Positions 8,593-17,803 of a stretch of DNA of 32,000 nucleotides are shown piece after piece (the first letter of the stretch is position 1; each line of letters begins with the position of its first letter). Made by a program: the position numbers and the translations under genes. Source of the stretch: Candidatus Binataceae bacterium (GTDB lineage Bacteria; Desulfobacterota; Binatia; Binatales; Binataceae); the NCBI GenBank assembly GCA_035504735.1, contig DATJRJ010000275.1, forward strand, positions 1 to 32,000, read 5' to 3'. The notes below the pieces were generated by a model. The model worked only from the letters and a program-made list of their open reading frames with translations, ran no database searches and had not been told where the DNA came from.

Positions 8593-10161
8593 ATGGAGCA
8601 TTCGAACCCCGCGGACCCCAACCCGGACTATGTCCGGATTTTCGACACCACGCTGCGCGATGGCGAGCAATCGCCGGGTGCGACGATGAACGTCGAGGAG
8701 AAGGTCGCCATCGCCCGCCAACTCGAACGTCTCAACGTCGACGTGATCGAGGCGGGCTTCGCGGCTTCGTCGCCGGGCGACTTCGAGTCGGTCCAACGCG
8801 TGGCCCAGGCAGTCAGCGCACCGATCGTGCTGAGCCTCGCACGCACCCACCAGGGCGATATCGACCAGGCTCTGAAGGCGGTCGAGAAGTCGGCGCGTCC
8901 CGGAATCCATATCTTCATCGCGACCTCGGAAATCCATCTCCGCCACAAGCTCAACATGACTCGCGAGGATGTGCTGGATGCGGCCACATGGGCAGTGGCG
9001 CGTGCGAAGCAGCATCTCGATTATGTCGAGTTCTCGGCCGAGGACGCCTCGCGCACTGAATGGGAATTCCTGGCCACCATCTGCTCGGAGGTGATCCGCG
9101 CGGGCGCACGGATTATCAATCTGCCCGATACCACGGGTCATGCGATTCCCGAAGAGTTCGGCCGGATGTTCGCCTATATGCGTGATCACGTGCAGAACTC
9201 CGACCGCGTCATCTGGAGCGCGCACTGCCACAACGATCTCGGCCTCGCCGTCGCCAATTCGCTGGCCGCAGTGCACAATGGCGCCCGCCAGGTCGAGTGC
9301 ACGATCAACGGCATCGGCGAACGCGCCGGCAACACCTCGCTCGAGGAAGTGGTGATGGCGATGCATACGCGCCGCGATCTGTTCGGTGTCGAGTCGCGCA
9401 TCAACACCCGCCAGATCTATCCGGCCTCGCGCCTGCTTTCGCAGATCATCGGCCAGCCGGTGCCGCCCAACAAGCCGATCGTCGGCGACAACGCTTTCGC
9501 TCACGAAGCCGGAATCCATCAGGACGGGGTGCTGAAGTACAAGCTGACTTACGAGATCATGAAGCCCGAGGATATCGGGATTCCGTCAAACAAACTGGTG
9601 ATGGGCAAGCATTCAGGGCGCCACGCCTTCGTCAATCGGCTGACGGAACTTGGGGTCGATACCGCGGCAATCGACGTCAATAAGGCGTTCGGTGATTTCA
9701 AAGCCCTCTGCGACAAGAAGAAAGTGGTGTACGACGACGACATTCTGGCCCTCGTTCAGGAAGAGACGCGTCATACCGCGGATTGGTACGAGCTAGCCGA
9801 CCTGCGTGTCACCGCTGCTTCCGGCAGCGCCCCGCAGGCCGAGGTTACGCTGCGGGTCGGAGGCGAATCACGCGCGGCGAGTTCGACCGGCGATGGCGTA
9901 GTCGACGCCTCGTACAAGGCAATCCTCAAGATTGCCGGAATCACTCCGGTGTTTGAACGCTACTCGGTGAAGTCGATTACCGGCGGCACCGACGCACTCG
10001 GCGAGGTGAGCTGCCTGGTACGGAGCGACGGCATGACCGTCGCCGGACAGGGTGCTCACAGCGACATTGTGATGGCTAGCGCGCTGGCGCTCGTCAATGC
10101 ACTCAATCGCCTCAAATTGCGCGAAACCCGAGCGCCTAGCGTCGCCGCGGCAGGAGCATAA
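8593..10161 (+). CDS. leuA: 2-isopropylmalate synthase (long form with C-terminal LeuA dimerisation/regulatory domain)
   Basis: RIFDTTLRDGEQSPG, HCHNDLGLAVANSLAA, AFAHEAGIHQDG, and a C-terminal regulatory domain. GGAGGAGGGAG Shine-Dalgarno sequence. Confidence 0.95.
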   Translation: MEHSNPADPNPDYVRIFDTTLRDGEQSPGATMNVEEKVAIARQLERLNVDVIEAGFAASSPGDFESVQRVAQAVSAPIVLSLARTHQGDIDQALKAVEKSARPGIHIFIATSEIHLRHKLNMTREDVLDAATWAVARAKQHLDYVEFSAEDASRTEWEFLATICSEVIRAGARIINLPDTTGHAIPEEFGRMFAYMRDHVQNSDRVIWSAHCHNDLGLAVANSLAAVHNGARQVECTINGIGERAGNTSLEEVVMAMHTRRDLFGVESRINTRQIYPASRLLSQIIGQPVPPNKPIVGDNAFAHEAGIHQDGVLKYKLTYEIMKPEDIGIPSNKLVMGKHSGRHAFVNRLTELGVDTAAIDVNKAFGDFKALCDKKKVVYDDDILALVQEETRHTADWYELADLRVTAASGSAPQAEVTLRVGGESRAASSTGDGVVDASYKAILKIAGITPVFERYSVKSITGGTDALGEVSCLVRSDGMTVAGQGAHSDIVMASALALVNALNRLKLRETRAPSVAAAGA

Positions 10162-10391
10162 GGCAGATACTCATCGGGGCTTGCCCTCAAATCACAGTTG
10201 GGCTAAACGCTAGGCTCTATTATGAGAGTGGTAAAGGACGCATTCTCTTGTTCCTCATCCGATCCGGTCAGGGCCTGTGCGGTTCGCTCATGCTTGCGTC
10301 CGTGCGGCCGAGACGCGATACGCTGACGCGTTGAGGATATCGATCCCAGGCAGACTGATAGACTCGGCAAAGCGATCTCTCCGGTTAGTAG

Positions 10392-11507
10392 ATGGCGTAT
10401 AAAATTCTGGTTCTCAAGGGTGACGGTATCGGCCCCGAGGTCGTCGGCGAAGCACTGCAGGTGCTGAAAGTCGTGGCGCGCCAGTCGGCCGTCGATCTCG
10501 AATTCGAGGAGGCGCTGGTCGGCGGTCATGCGATCGACACGCACGGCTCGCCGCTGCCCGACGAGGTGCTCAAGCAGGCACAGGAGAGCGACGCGGTGCT
10601 GCTCGGCGCGGTCGGCGGTCCGAAATGGGACAGCACTCGCGGCGACAAACGCCCTGAGCAGGCGCTCCTCGGGCTGCGCAAGGGGTTGGGATTGTTCGCC
10701 AACCTGCGGCCGGTTAGGACGCTGAAAGAGCTCATCCCGGCGTCCCCGCTGCGTCCCGAGATTATCAGCGGCGTCGACTTCATCGTACTCCGCGAACTGA
10801 CGGGTGGAATCTATTTCGGCAAGCCGAGCGAGAGGCGCGACACCAAGAGCGGTCGCGAGGCGGTCGATACCTGTTACTACACCGAAGAGGAAATGCGGCG
10901 CATCATCCGTTTCGGATTTGAGCTGGCTCGCGATCGGCGCAAGCGGCTGACCTCGGTCGATAAGGCCAACATCCTGGCGACTTCCCGGCTGTGGCGGGAG
11001 ATCGCGATAGAAGTCGCGGCAGATTACAAGGAAGTTGCGCTCGAGCATCAGTTGGTCGACTCAATGGCGATGCATCTGATACGCAGGCCGCGCGATTTCG
11101 ACGTAATCGTCACCGAGAACATGTTCGGCGATATTCTGACCGATGAGGCCTCGGTGCTCGCGGGTTCGATGGGGATGCTGCCGTCGGCTTCGCTCGGCGA
11201 GGAGCTCAACGGGGCGGGCTTCAGGATCGGGATGTACGAGCCGATTCATGGCACGGCGCCGGATATCGCGGGCCGTGATGAAGCCAATCCGCTCGCCGCC
11301 ATCCTCTCGGCCGCGATGCTGCTGGAGCATTCGCTGGGTATGCGCGCCGAGGCGGAGCTGATCGTAAACGCGGTCGAGGCAGTGCTGCACGATGGCCATC
11401 GCACCAAGGACATCCAAGCCGGCGCCACCGGCGCCAAGCTGGTTGGATGTAAGGCGATGGGCCGGTTGGTTCGCGAGCGAATCGAAAGTCAGGAATCGGA
11501 TACATGA
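10392..11507 (+). CDS. leuB: 3-isopropylmalate dehydrogenase
   Basis: KILVLKGDGIGPEV, LLGAVGGPKWD, NLRP, DKANIL, TENMFGDILTDEAS..GSMGMLPSASL, and YEPIHGTAPDIAG. Confidence 0.95.
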   Translation: MAYKILVLKGDGIGPEVVGEALQVLKVVARQSAVDLEFEEALVGGHAIDTHGSPLPDEVLKQAQESDAVLLGAVGGPKWDSTRGDKRPEQALLGLRKGLGLFANLRPVRTLKELIPASPLRPEIISGVDFIVLRELTGGIYFGKPSERRDTKSGREAVDTCYYTEEEMRRIIRFGFELARDRRKRLTSVDKANILATSRLWREIAIEVAADYKEVALEHQLVDSMAMHLIRRPRDFDVIVTENMFGDILTDEASVLAGSMGMLPSASLGEELNGAGFRIGMYEPIHGTAPDIAGRDEANPLAAILSAAMLLEHSLGMRAEAELIVNAVEAVLHDGHRTKDIQAGATGAKLVGCKAMGRLVRERIESQESDT

Positions 11508-12487
11508 TGGAGGGGGCGTCCAGCCACGGTCTCAAGGTAGCCGTGGTCGGCGCCACCGGCGTAATCGGCGGTCAGCTCGTCGAGTTGCTCGCGGAGCGCA
11601 GCTTTCCATTTTCCGAGTTGAAACTGTTCGCCTCCGAACGCGGGGCCGTCGAGATGATCGGGGTCGGCGACGATGATCGGCCGGTTGCCGAGTTCAACGG
11701 ACCCGCCGATCTGGCCGGCTTCGACCTGGCCTTTCTCGCAGTCTCCCCAGGTCTGGCCTCCGATATCGTTCGCGCGCGTCCCGGTCCGCTCCTGATCGAT
11801 TTGAGCGCTGCGGGACGGATCGCTTCTTCGTCTGTCCTGATGGTCGCGCCGGGTCTTACCTCTCGCGAGCGCCTGCACAGGCTAAAAACCGGAGAGGTTG
11901 TCGCGATTCCCCATCCATCAGTCCAGGCGCTCGCGACTATCGTGAAAGCGCTCGATGCAACCCCGGGTTTCATCGCGGCCACATTGATGATGGGCGCCAG
12001 CACCGGCGGCAAGGACGAGATCGACAAGCTGATGGAGGAGTCGGCCGATCTGCTCAATGCGCGTCTGGATATTGAGGACGACGAGCAGCAGCGTGCCTTC
12101 AATATCTATCCGGTCGACGACGAGGCCGAGGTCGTCAATGCGCTGGCCTCCCAGGTCGCGGCATTGCTGGGCGAGACGCCGCCGCTGGTGATGCGCGTCG
12201 TGCAGGTACCGATCTTTTACGGGATCGCATTGTCGATCGCGATTCCAACGGTGCCGGGAATCGAGACCTGCTCCGAACGCCTGCGGGCCGCGCCCGGCCT
12301 GATACTGATCGAGGATGAGATGCCGCCGAGCGCGATCGACTCAGCCGGCCAGGAGGGGATCGCTGTCAGCCTCCATCGTAATTCAAACGGGGCCGCATTG
12401 TGGTGCGTGATAGACAACGCGCGTCTCTCTGCTCTGTGCGCGGTGTGGGTCGCGGAGAATCTCTCGCTCGCTTCCGATTCCGTCTAG
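11504..12487 (+). CDS. Aspartate-semialdehyde dehydrogenase family protein (USG-1-like), apparently lacking the catalytic Cys and His
   Basis: N-terminal Rossmann motif KVAVVGATGVIGG and overall Asd-like order. The active-site NPNCST is replaced by IPHPSV, and GHSE by GIAL. The ATG overlaps the leuB stop (ATGA). The gene lies directly upstream of truA. Confidence 0.8.
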   Translation: MMEGASSHGLKVAVVGATGVIGGQLVELLAERSFPFSELKLFASERGAVEMIGVGDDDRPVAEFNGPADLAGFDLAFLAVSPGLASDIVRARPGPLLIDLSAAGRIASSSVLMVAPGLTSRERLHRLKTGEVVAIPHPSVQALATIVKALDATPGFIAATLMMGASTGGKDEIDKLMEESADLLNARLDIEDDEQQRAFNIYPVDDEAEVVNALASQVAALLGETPPLVMRVVQVPIFYGIALSIAIPTVPGIETCSERLRAAPGLILIEDEMPPSAIDSAGQEGIAVSLHRNSNGAALWCVIDNARLSALCAVWVAENLSLASDSV

Positions 12488-12495
12488 CGGCGGCG

Positions 12496-13245
12496 ATGCA
12501 GGTAAAGCTCACGCTCGAGTACGACGGCACTAACTATGCCGGTTGGCAATTGCAGCGCGAGCAGGACACCATCCAGGGACGGCTCGAGTCGGCCTTGGAA
12601 CGGATTTTTTCCGCGCCGGTGCGAGTCCGCGGCGCGGGCCGCACCGACGCCGGAGTCCATGCGCTCGGCCAGGTTGCCGCGGCGAGAATCCCACGCCCGT
12701 TCGATGCCGCCGAGCTCAAGCGCGCGCTCAATGCGCTCTTACCGCCGGATATCGCGGTCCTGGATAGCGCCATCGTCGACGATGACTTCGATCCCCGGCG
12801 CAGCGCGATTTGCCGTGTTTATGAATATCGGATTCTGAATCGGCCCTCCCGATCGGCCTTCGAATATCGTTACGCGTGGCTGGTCGGCGAAGTGCTGGAC
12901 CTCGAGGCGATGAATACTGCGGCCTCGATTTTCGTGGGCGAACATGATTTCGCCGGTTTCAGGAGCGTCGGCTCCGAAGAGCGGAGTACGCGGCGCCGCG
13001 TCTATGCGAGCCAATGGACGCGCCTCAACAATCGTTTCACGTATCGTGTGGAGGCGGAGAGTTTCCTGCGTCACATGGTGAGGACGATGGTCAGCGCGAT
13101 GGCTGAGGCCGGCCGCGGCCGGGCGCATCCCGGCTCGATCAGCGAGTTGCTCTTGCGCGGTGATCGCGCTCTGGCGCCCGCGCCGGCGCCCGCCGCCGGC
13201 CTGTTCCTGACCGAGGTGCATTACCCAAACCGCCCGGGTGAGTGA
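12496..13245 (+). CDS. truA: tRNA pseudouridine(38-40) synthase
   Basis: MQVKLTLEYDGTNYAGWQLQ, then RGAGRTDAGVHALGQV (catalytic Asp), and FLRHMVR. I prefer ATG 12496 to the ORF-track start at 12400, which would overlap the upstream gene by 88 nt and add a non-conserved Arg-rich extension. Confidence 0.9.
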   Translation: MQVKLTLEYDGTNYAGWQLQREQDTIQGRLESALERIFSAPVRVRGAGRTDAGVHALGQVAAARIPRPFDAAELKRALNALLPPDIAVLDSAIVDDDFDPRRSAICRVYEYRILNRPSRSAFEYRYAWLVGEVLDLEAMNTAASIFVGEHDFAGFRSVGSEERSTRRRVYASQWTRLNNRFTYRVEAESFLRHMVRTMVSAMAEAGRGRAHPGSISELLLRGDRALAPAPAPAAGLFLTEVHYPNRPGE

Positions 13246-13374
13246 TGCTGGTTGGCCCGCCCTGTGGACTTTTTTGTATCGCGAGCGTCGAAAACCCTTG
13301 TGCCACGCTTGAAAAAGGCTGTGCACTCGTTCAAGCTCTCTGCCAGTGCGAGAATCTAAGCGGCAAGGAGGAGG

Positions 13375-13659
13375 ATGATGACGCAGACGCAGGTGGCAGC
13401 CCATATCGCTGAAAAAGTGGAAGTCACCCGGAAGCAGGCCAAATCGATGCTCGAGGAGCTGTCGAGCCTGGTCGTCCGGGAGCTGAAGCGCGAAGGCGCG
13501 TTGCGCCTCGCAGGGCTAGGAGTTTTCCGTAAGCGCAAGAGCAAGGCTCGCGTCGGACGTAATCCGGCCACGGGGGAACCGATCAAAATCCCGGCGCGTA
13601 CACGCTTGCGCTTTACCGCCTCAAAGGCCTTGAAAGACGCAGTGCTCGGCGCCCGCTAA
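13375..13659 (+). CDS. hup: HU/IHF-family nucleoid-associated DNA-binding protein
   Basis: LAGLGVFRKRKSKARVGRNPATGEPIKIPARTRLRFTASKALKDAV is the HU beta-arm signature (R.GRNP.TGE.I.I). Strong AAGGAGGAGG Shine-Dalgarno sequence. Confidence 0.9.
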   Translation: MMTQTQVAAHIAEKVEVTRKQAKSMLEELSSLVVRELKREGALRLAGLGVFRKRKSKARVGRNPATGEPIKIPARTRLRFTASKALKDAVLGAR

Positions 13660-13733
13660 TCTCGTCGCGATGGCGGCCGGGACACGCCATTGCGGGGTCA
13701 CTCCAGAAATCCCAAAGCTTTACGCGTCCGGAT

Positions 13734-13783
13734 GCGGCGTCGTGGATCAACTTCACGACGCCGCGCGGATGTTTTAACTTTTC
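13734..13783 (+). terminator. Hairpin between the convergent HU gene and rarA; possible terminator
   Basis: GCGGCGTCGTG (13734-13744) pairs perfectly with CACGACGCCGC (13754-13764) over a 9-nt loop. The T-runs (TTTT, TTTT) begin only 7 nt after the stem and overlap the rarA stop codon, so this is not a textbook terminator. Confidence 0.3.
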
Positions 13784-15144
13784 TTACCGGAATCGCGATT
13801 GCGGGCCGCTCTGGCCTGTTTCACGCGGGTCAGATAATCGCGAATTCGCGCCTCGTAGCCGCGCTCTGAAGGTTCGTAGTAGACCTTGCCGCGCAGGCTC
13901 TCGGGCAGGTAGTCCTGCTCGACCATCGCATCATCGTAGTTGTGCGGATAGCGATAGCCCTCGCCATAACCGAGGCCGCGCATCAGCGGCGTCGGCGCAT
14001 TGCGGATATGCATCGGAACCGGCAGCGCGCCGAGCTTGCGCGCATCCTCGCCCGCCGCAAGCATCGCGCGATATGAGGCGTTCGACTTCGGCGCTCCGGC
14101 CAGGTAGGTCACGCCCTGCGCGAGCGGGATGGCGCCCTCCAGCATCCCGACGAAATCCAGCGCGTCCTTCACGGCGATCGCGACTTGTAGCGCGCGCGGA
14201 TCGGCGTTGCCGATATCCTCGGCCGCAAAGATTACCATCCGGCGCGCGATAAACAGCGGCTCCTCGCCCGCCTCCACCATTCGCATCATCCAGTACAGTG
14301 CGGCGTCGGCATCGCTGCCGCGCAGGCTCTTGATGAACGCGGAGATGACGTTGTAATGCTCCTCGCCGCCGCGATCGTAAAGCAGAGTGCGCTGTTGACT
14401 CGCCTCGCGCACGTGCTCAGCGGTGACAACGGCGCTGCGGGCCTGGCGCGCGAGCTCAGCGGCGATCTCAAGTGTATTGAGCGCCCGCCGCGCATCGCCC
14501 GACGCGGCCGCCAGCAGCTCGCCCATCGCAGCATCGTCGATACGCAGTTCGAACCCGCCGAGCCCGCGCTCACGGTCGGCGAGCGCACGGGCAACCAGGG
14601 CCGCAAGCTCTTCGGGCGCGAGCGGTTTCAGGACCAGCACCTGCATCCGCGAAAGCAACGGCGCGATCACCTCGAACGACGGATTTTCGGTGGTCGCGCC
14701 GATCAGCGTGAAGAGCCCATTCTCGACATGCGGCAGGCAGGCATCCTGCTGGGCACGGTTCCAGCGGTGGATTTCGTCGATAAAGAGCACCGTCCGCCGG
14801 CCCATCGCGGCCTCGCGGCGCGCGAGCTCGGCGATCTCACGCAACTCGGCGACTCCCGAAGAAACCGCGGCGAGCGATCGAAAAACGGCGCCGGACTGGC
14901 GGGCGAGCAGAATTGCGAGCGTCGTCTTGCCGGTGCCGGGCGGTCCCCACAGGATCATCGAATGGAGCGCGCGCGCGGCGACCATCTGGCTCAATAGCTT
15001 GCCGGCGCCGAGCAGATGCTGCTGGCCGACGACTTCGTCAAGCGATTGCGGACGCATCCGATCGGCCAGCGGATGCGCGGCCGACACCTGGGCTCTGAAA
15101 AGACTCTCCTCCTGAGCCGCTTCCTTGCGCCGCGCCATACCCAA
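13774..15144 (-). CDS. rarA: Replication-associated recombination protein A (AAA+ ATPase, MgsA/RarA)
   Basis: Walker A LWGPPGTGKTTLA, Walker B VLFIDEIHRWN, and a C-terminal MgsA domain (ALYWMMRMVEAGEEPLFIARRM...EDIGNADP). TTG at 15144; an ATG two codons downstream at 15138 is an alternative start. Confidence 0.9.
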   Translation of the reverse strand: MGMARRKEAAQEESLFRAQVSAAHPLADRMRPQSLDEVVGQQHLLGAGKLLSQMVAARALHSMILWGPPGTGKTTLAILLARQSGAVFRSLAAVSSGVAELREIAELARREAAMGRRTVLFIDEIHRWNRAQQDACLPHVENGLFTLIGATTENPSFEVIAPLLSRMQVLVLKPLAPEELAALVARALADRERGLGGFELRIDDAAMGELLAAASGDARRALNTLEIAAELARQARSAVVTAEHVREASQQRTLLYDRGGEEHYNVISAFIKSLRGSDADAALYWMMRMVEAGEEPLFIARRMVIFAAEDIGNADPRALQVAIAVKDALDFVGMLEGAIPLAQGVTYLAGAPKSNASYRAMLAAGEDARKLGALPVPMHIRNAPTPLMRGLGYGEGYRYPHNYDDAMVEQDYLPESLRGKVYYEPSERGYEARIRDYLTRVKQARAARNRDSGKKS

Positions 15145-15251
15145 TTGTTATCACAGCCCGGCTCGTGTCGCAGGAATGCACGAGCGGCGAGGCCGCCGGT
15201 TGCGCTTCAGAGCCGCGCTTAATAGTTTGAAATGTCCCGCTTCGTACCTGA

Positions 15252-16517
15252 ATGCCGATGCCGTCGCAACTGCTCAACGGATTCCGAATGCTCGATCTGA
15301 CCGACGACCAGGGGGCGCTGTGCGGCAAGATTTTCGCAGACCTCGGCGCCGAGGTGATCAAGCTTGAACCAATCGCCGGTTGCCCGACGCGCCGCATTCC
15401 ACCGTTCCTAGATGATCGGCCCGGCGTCGATCGAAGTCTCTATTTCCTTTCGCACCAGGCGGGCAAGCTGTCGGTCACTGTAAATCTCGATTCGCCAGAC
15501 GGTCGCGCCGTGGTGCGCGATCTCGCGGCCAAAGCGGATTTCCTGGTCGAGTCGTTTCCGGTCGGCTACCTGGAATCGATCGGGCTCGGTTATGCGGCGC
15601 TGGCCGAATCGAATCAGCGGCTGATCTATACCGCGATCACTCCATTCGGCGAGGCCGGCCCCGCCCGCAACTACAAGGCCTCCGATGCCGTTACGTGGGC
15701 GGCCGGCGGCATGATGTTCCTGATGGGTCAGGCGGGAAAGCCGCCACTGCAGATGAGCCTGCCCCAAGCCGGACTGCATGCCGGCGCCGAAGCCGCGGTG
15801 GCTTCACTGCTGGCGCATTTTCCCCGCCAGGTCGACGGCCGCGGCCAGCGGGTCGTGGTCAACATGCAGGCCTGCATCGTCTGGACATTGATGAACGAGC
15901 AGGCGATGCCGATCATGCACGGCGACTACCTGCGCCGCCAGGGTGTCTACCTGGGCTCACCGAAACTCAGGCGCAAGATCGTTTTCAAATGCCAGGACGG
16001 CCACGTGGCGATGATGATCACGGGCGGCGCGGTCGGCGCCGGTTCGACCTCCCGCCTGGTCAAGTGGATGGACGAGAAGGGCTTCGCTGCCGACTGGATG
16101 AAGCAGCAGGACTGGAGGGCGTGGACCCCCGCGATCTTCATGGCGCTCGGAGAACGGGACCTACGGGAGAACGCCGAGATGGAGCAGCAGGTCGAGCGTT
16201 TTTTCGCCACCATGACGAAGCATGAGATTTACGCAGAGGGCGCGCGGCGCGGCGTGCTGCTGGGCCCGGTGAATTCGGCGGCGGACACCGCGGCCGACGA
16301 ACAACTCGCCGCGCGCGATTTCTTCGCCGAAGTCGATCATCCGGTGCTGGGCCGCGCGCTGCGCCGGCCGGGACCATTTGCTAAATTCAGCCGCACGCCG
16401 CTCGATGTCTCGCATCCGGCGCCGACCCTCGGCGAACATAACGAGCCGGTTTATCATAAACTTCTGGGTTACTCCGCCGAGCGGGTCGCCGAGTTGCGCG
16501 CCGCCGGCGCGATTTGA
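15252..16517 (+). CDS. Family III CoA-transferase (CaiB/BaiF family), copy A
   Basis: N-terminal GFRMLDLTDDQGALCGKIFADLGAEVIKLEP. Mid-protein GPARNYKASDAVTWAAGG retains the family Asp. The C-terminal APTLGEHN is typical of the family. Confidence 0.85.
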   Translation: MPMPSQLLNGFRMLDLTDDQGALCGKIFADLGAEVIKLEPIAGCPTRRIPPFLDDRPGVDRSLYFLSHQAGKLSVTVNLDSPDGRAVVRDLAAKADFLVESFPVGYLESIGLGYAALAESNQRLIYTAITPFGEAGPARNYKASDAVTWAAGGMMFLMGQAGKPPLQMSLPQAGLHAGAEAAVASLLAHFPRQVDGRGQRVVVNMQACIVWTLMNEQAMPIMHGDYLRRQGVYLGSPKLRRKIVFKCQDGHVAMMITGGAVGAGSTSRLVKWMDEKGFAADWMKQQDWRAWTPAIFMALGERDLRENAEMEQQVERFFATMTKHEIYAEGARRGVLLGPVNSAADTAADEQLAARDFFAEVDHPVLGRALRRPGPFAKFSRTPLDVSHPAPTLGEHNEPVYHKLLGYSAERVAELRAAGAI

Positions 16518-16539
16518 ACGAAAAGACGCGAGAACGACG

Positions 16540-17757
16540 ATGAGACGCTACGCGCTCGAGGGACTTCATGTCCTGGATTTTACCTGGGTCGGGGTCGGGC
16601 CGATTACCACCAAGTATCTCGCCGACAATGGCGCCGACGTAATCCGGATCGAGTCCGCGGCGCACATCGATGTGTTGCGCGTCTCACCGCCTTGGGCGGA
16701 CGGCCAGCCTTCCAGCATCAATTCGAGCCAGTTCTTCGCAAGCTACAACACCTCGAAGAAATCGCTCACGCTGGATCTGAGCAAGCCGCGCGCCCGAGAG
16801 ATCGCGCTCCGCCTGCTACCCTGGGCCGAGGTGGTGACCGAGAGCTTCACGCCCAAGGTGATGCGCAACTGGCAGCTCGATTACCCGCATCTGAGCGCGC
16901 TGAAGCCCGACCTCGTGATGCTCTCGACCTGCCTGCAGGGACAGACCGGACCGCGCTCGGGTTTTGCGGGCTTCGGGCAGTTGCTTTCGGCGTTGTCGGG
17001 GTTCTACTACATCTCAGGCTACTCGGAGGACGAAATCTGTCCACCCTACGGCGCATATACCGATTACGTGGCGCCGCGGTTTGCAGCCTGTGCGGTGCTC
17101 GCGGCGCTCGATTACAAGCGCCGCACCGGAGTTGGCCAGCATATCGACCTTGCGCAGTACGAAGCGGGCCTGCAAAATCTCGCGCCCACGCTGCTCGATT
17201 ATTTCGCGAACGGACGGGTGCTCGGAGCCCAGGGTAATCGATCTGATCGTTATGCTCCCAACGGCTCCTACCGATGCGGCGACGAAGACGGCAACGAGCG
17301 CTGGATCGCGATTGCGGTCGCCGATGATCGCGGATGGGCGGCGACGCTGGACGCGCTCGGCGCACCAGCCGAGGATCGGTTTGCGACGATGGCGCAGCGG
17401 TTCGAGCAGCGCGAGGAGCTCGATCGTTTCATCGATCGATTGGTCCATGATCGCTCGGCCGACGAGCTTACCGCGACACTCCAGGCCGCAGGCGTCGCAG
17501 CCTACCCGGTGCAGACCTGCCTCGATCTGCATCGCGATGAAAATCTGCGCGCCTTCGATTTCTGGCACTGGCTCGATCACAAGGAGATGGGCCCGTCGCC
17601 GTACGAAGGCCTGCAACATCGAATGAGCGCCACGCCGGGCGAACTGCGAGGCGCGGCGCCGACACTGGGACAGCACAACGAGGAGATACTCGGCGAGATG
17701 CTCGGATTCAGCAGCGGCGAAATAGCGGCGCTCAAGCGCGAGCAGATCGTTTACTAA
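16540..17757 (+). CDS. Family III CoA-transferase-like protein (CaiB/BaiF family), copy B; catalytic Asp position is Gly
   Basis: GLHVLDFTWVGVGPITTKYLADNGADVIRIE and the C-terminal APTLGQHN. ATG 16540 is preferred to the ORF-track start at 16378, which overlaps copy A by 140 nt. Confidence 0.85.
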   Translation: MRRYALEGLHVLDFTWVGVGPITTKYLADNGADVIRIESAAHIDVLRVSPPWADGQPSSINSSQFFASYNTSKKSLTLDLSKPRAREIALRLLPWAEVVTESFTPKVMRNWQLDYPHLSALKPDLVMLSTCLQGQTGPRSGFAGFGQLLSALSGFYYISGYSEDEICPPYGAYTDYVAPRFAACAVLAALDYKRRTGVGQHIDLAQYEAGLQNLAPTLLDYFANGRVLGAQGNRSDRYAPNGSYRCGDEDGNERWIAIAVADDRGWAATLDALGAPAEDRFATMAQRFEQREELDRFIDRLVHDRSADELTATLQAAGVAAYPVQTCLDLHRDENLRAFDFWHWLDHKEMGPSPYEGLQHRMSATPGELRGAAPTLGQHNEEILGEMLGFSSGEIAALKREQIVY

Positions 17758-17803
17758 CGCTTCAACGCGACCCGCAATCTGATTACCAGCCGACGGATCA
17801 TCG

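Noticed and set aside
10222-10326. A Cys-rich 34-codon ORF (MRVVKDAFSCSSSDPVRACAVRSCLRPCGRDAIR) in the lower-GC 230-nt leuA-leuB spacer.
   Set aside because: There is no Shine-Dalgarno sequence upstream, no recognisable peptide family and no supporting RNA structure. It is most likely a chance ORF. The spacer itself remains unexplained, since leuCD are not here.
12400-12495. The ORF-track 5' extensions of truA (start 12400) and of the second CoA-transferase (start 16378).
   Set aside because: Both extensions overlap the preceding gene by about 90-140 nt and encode Arg/Ser-rich non-conserved sequence. In each case an internal ATG (12496 and 16540) sits exactly where the family N-terminal motif begins.
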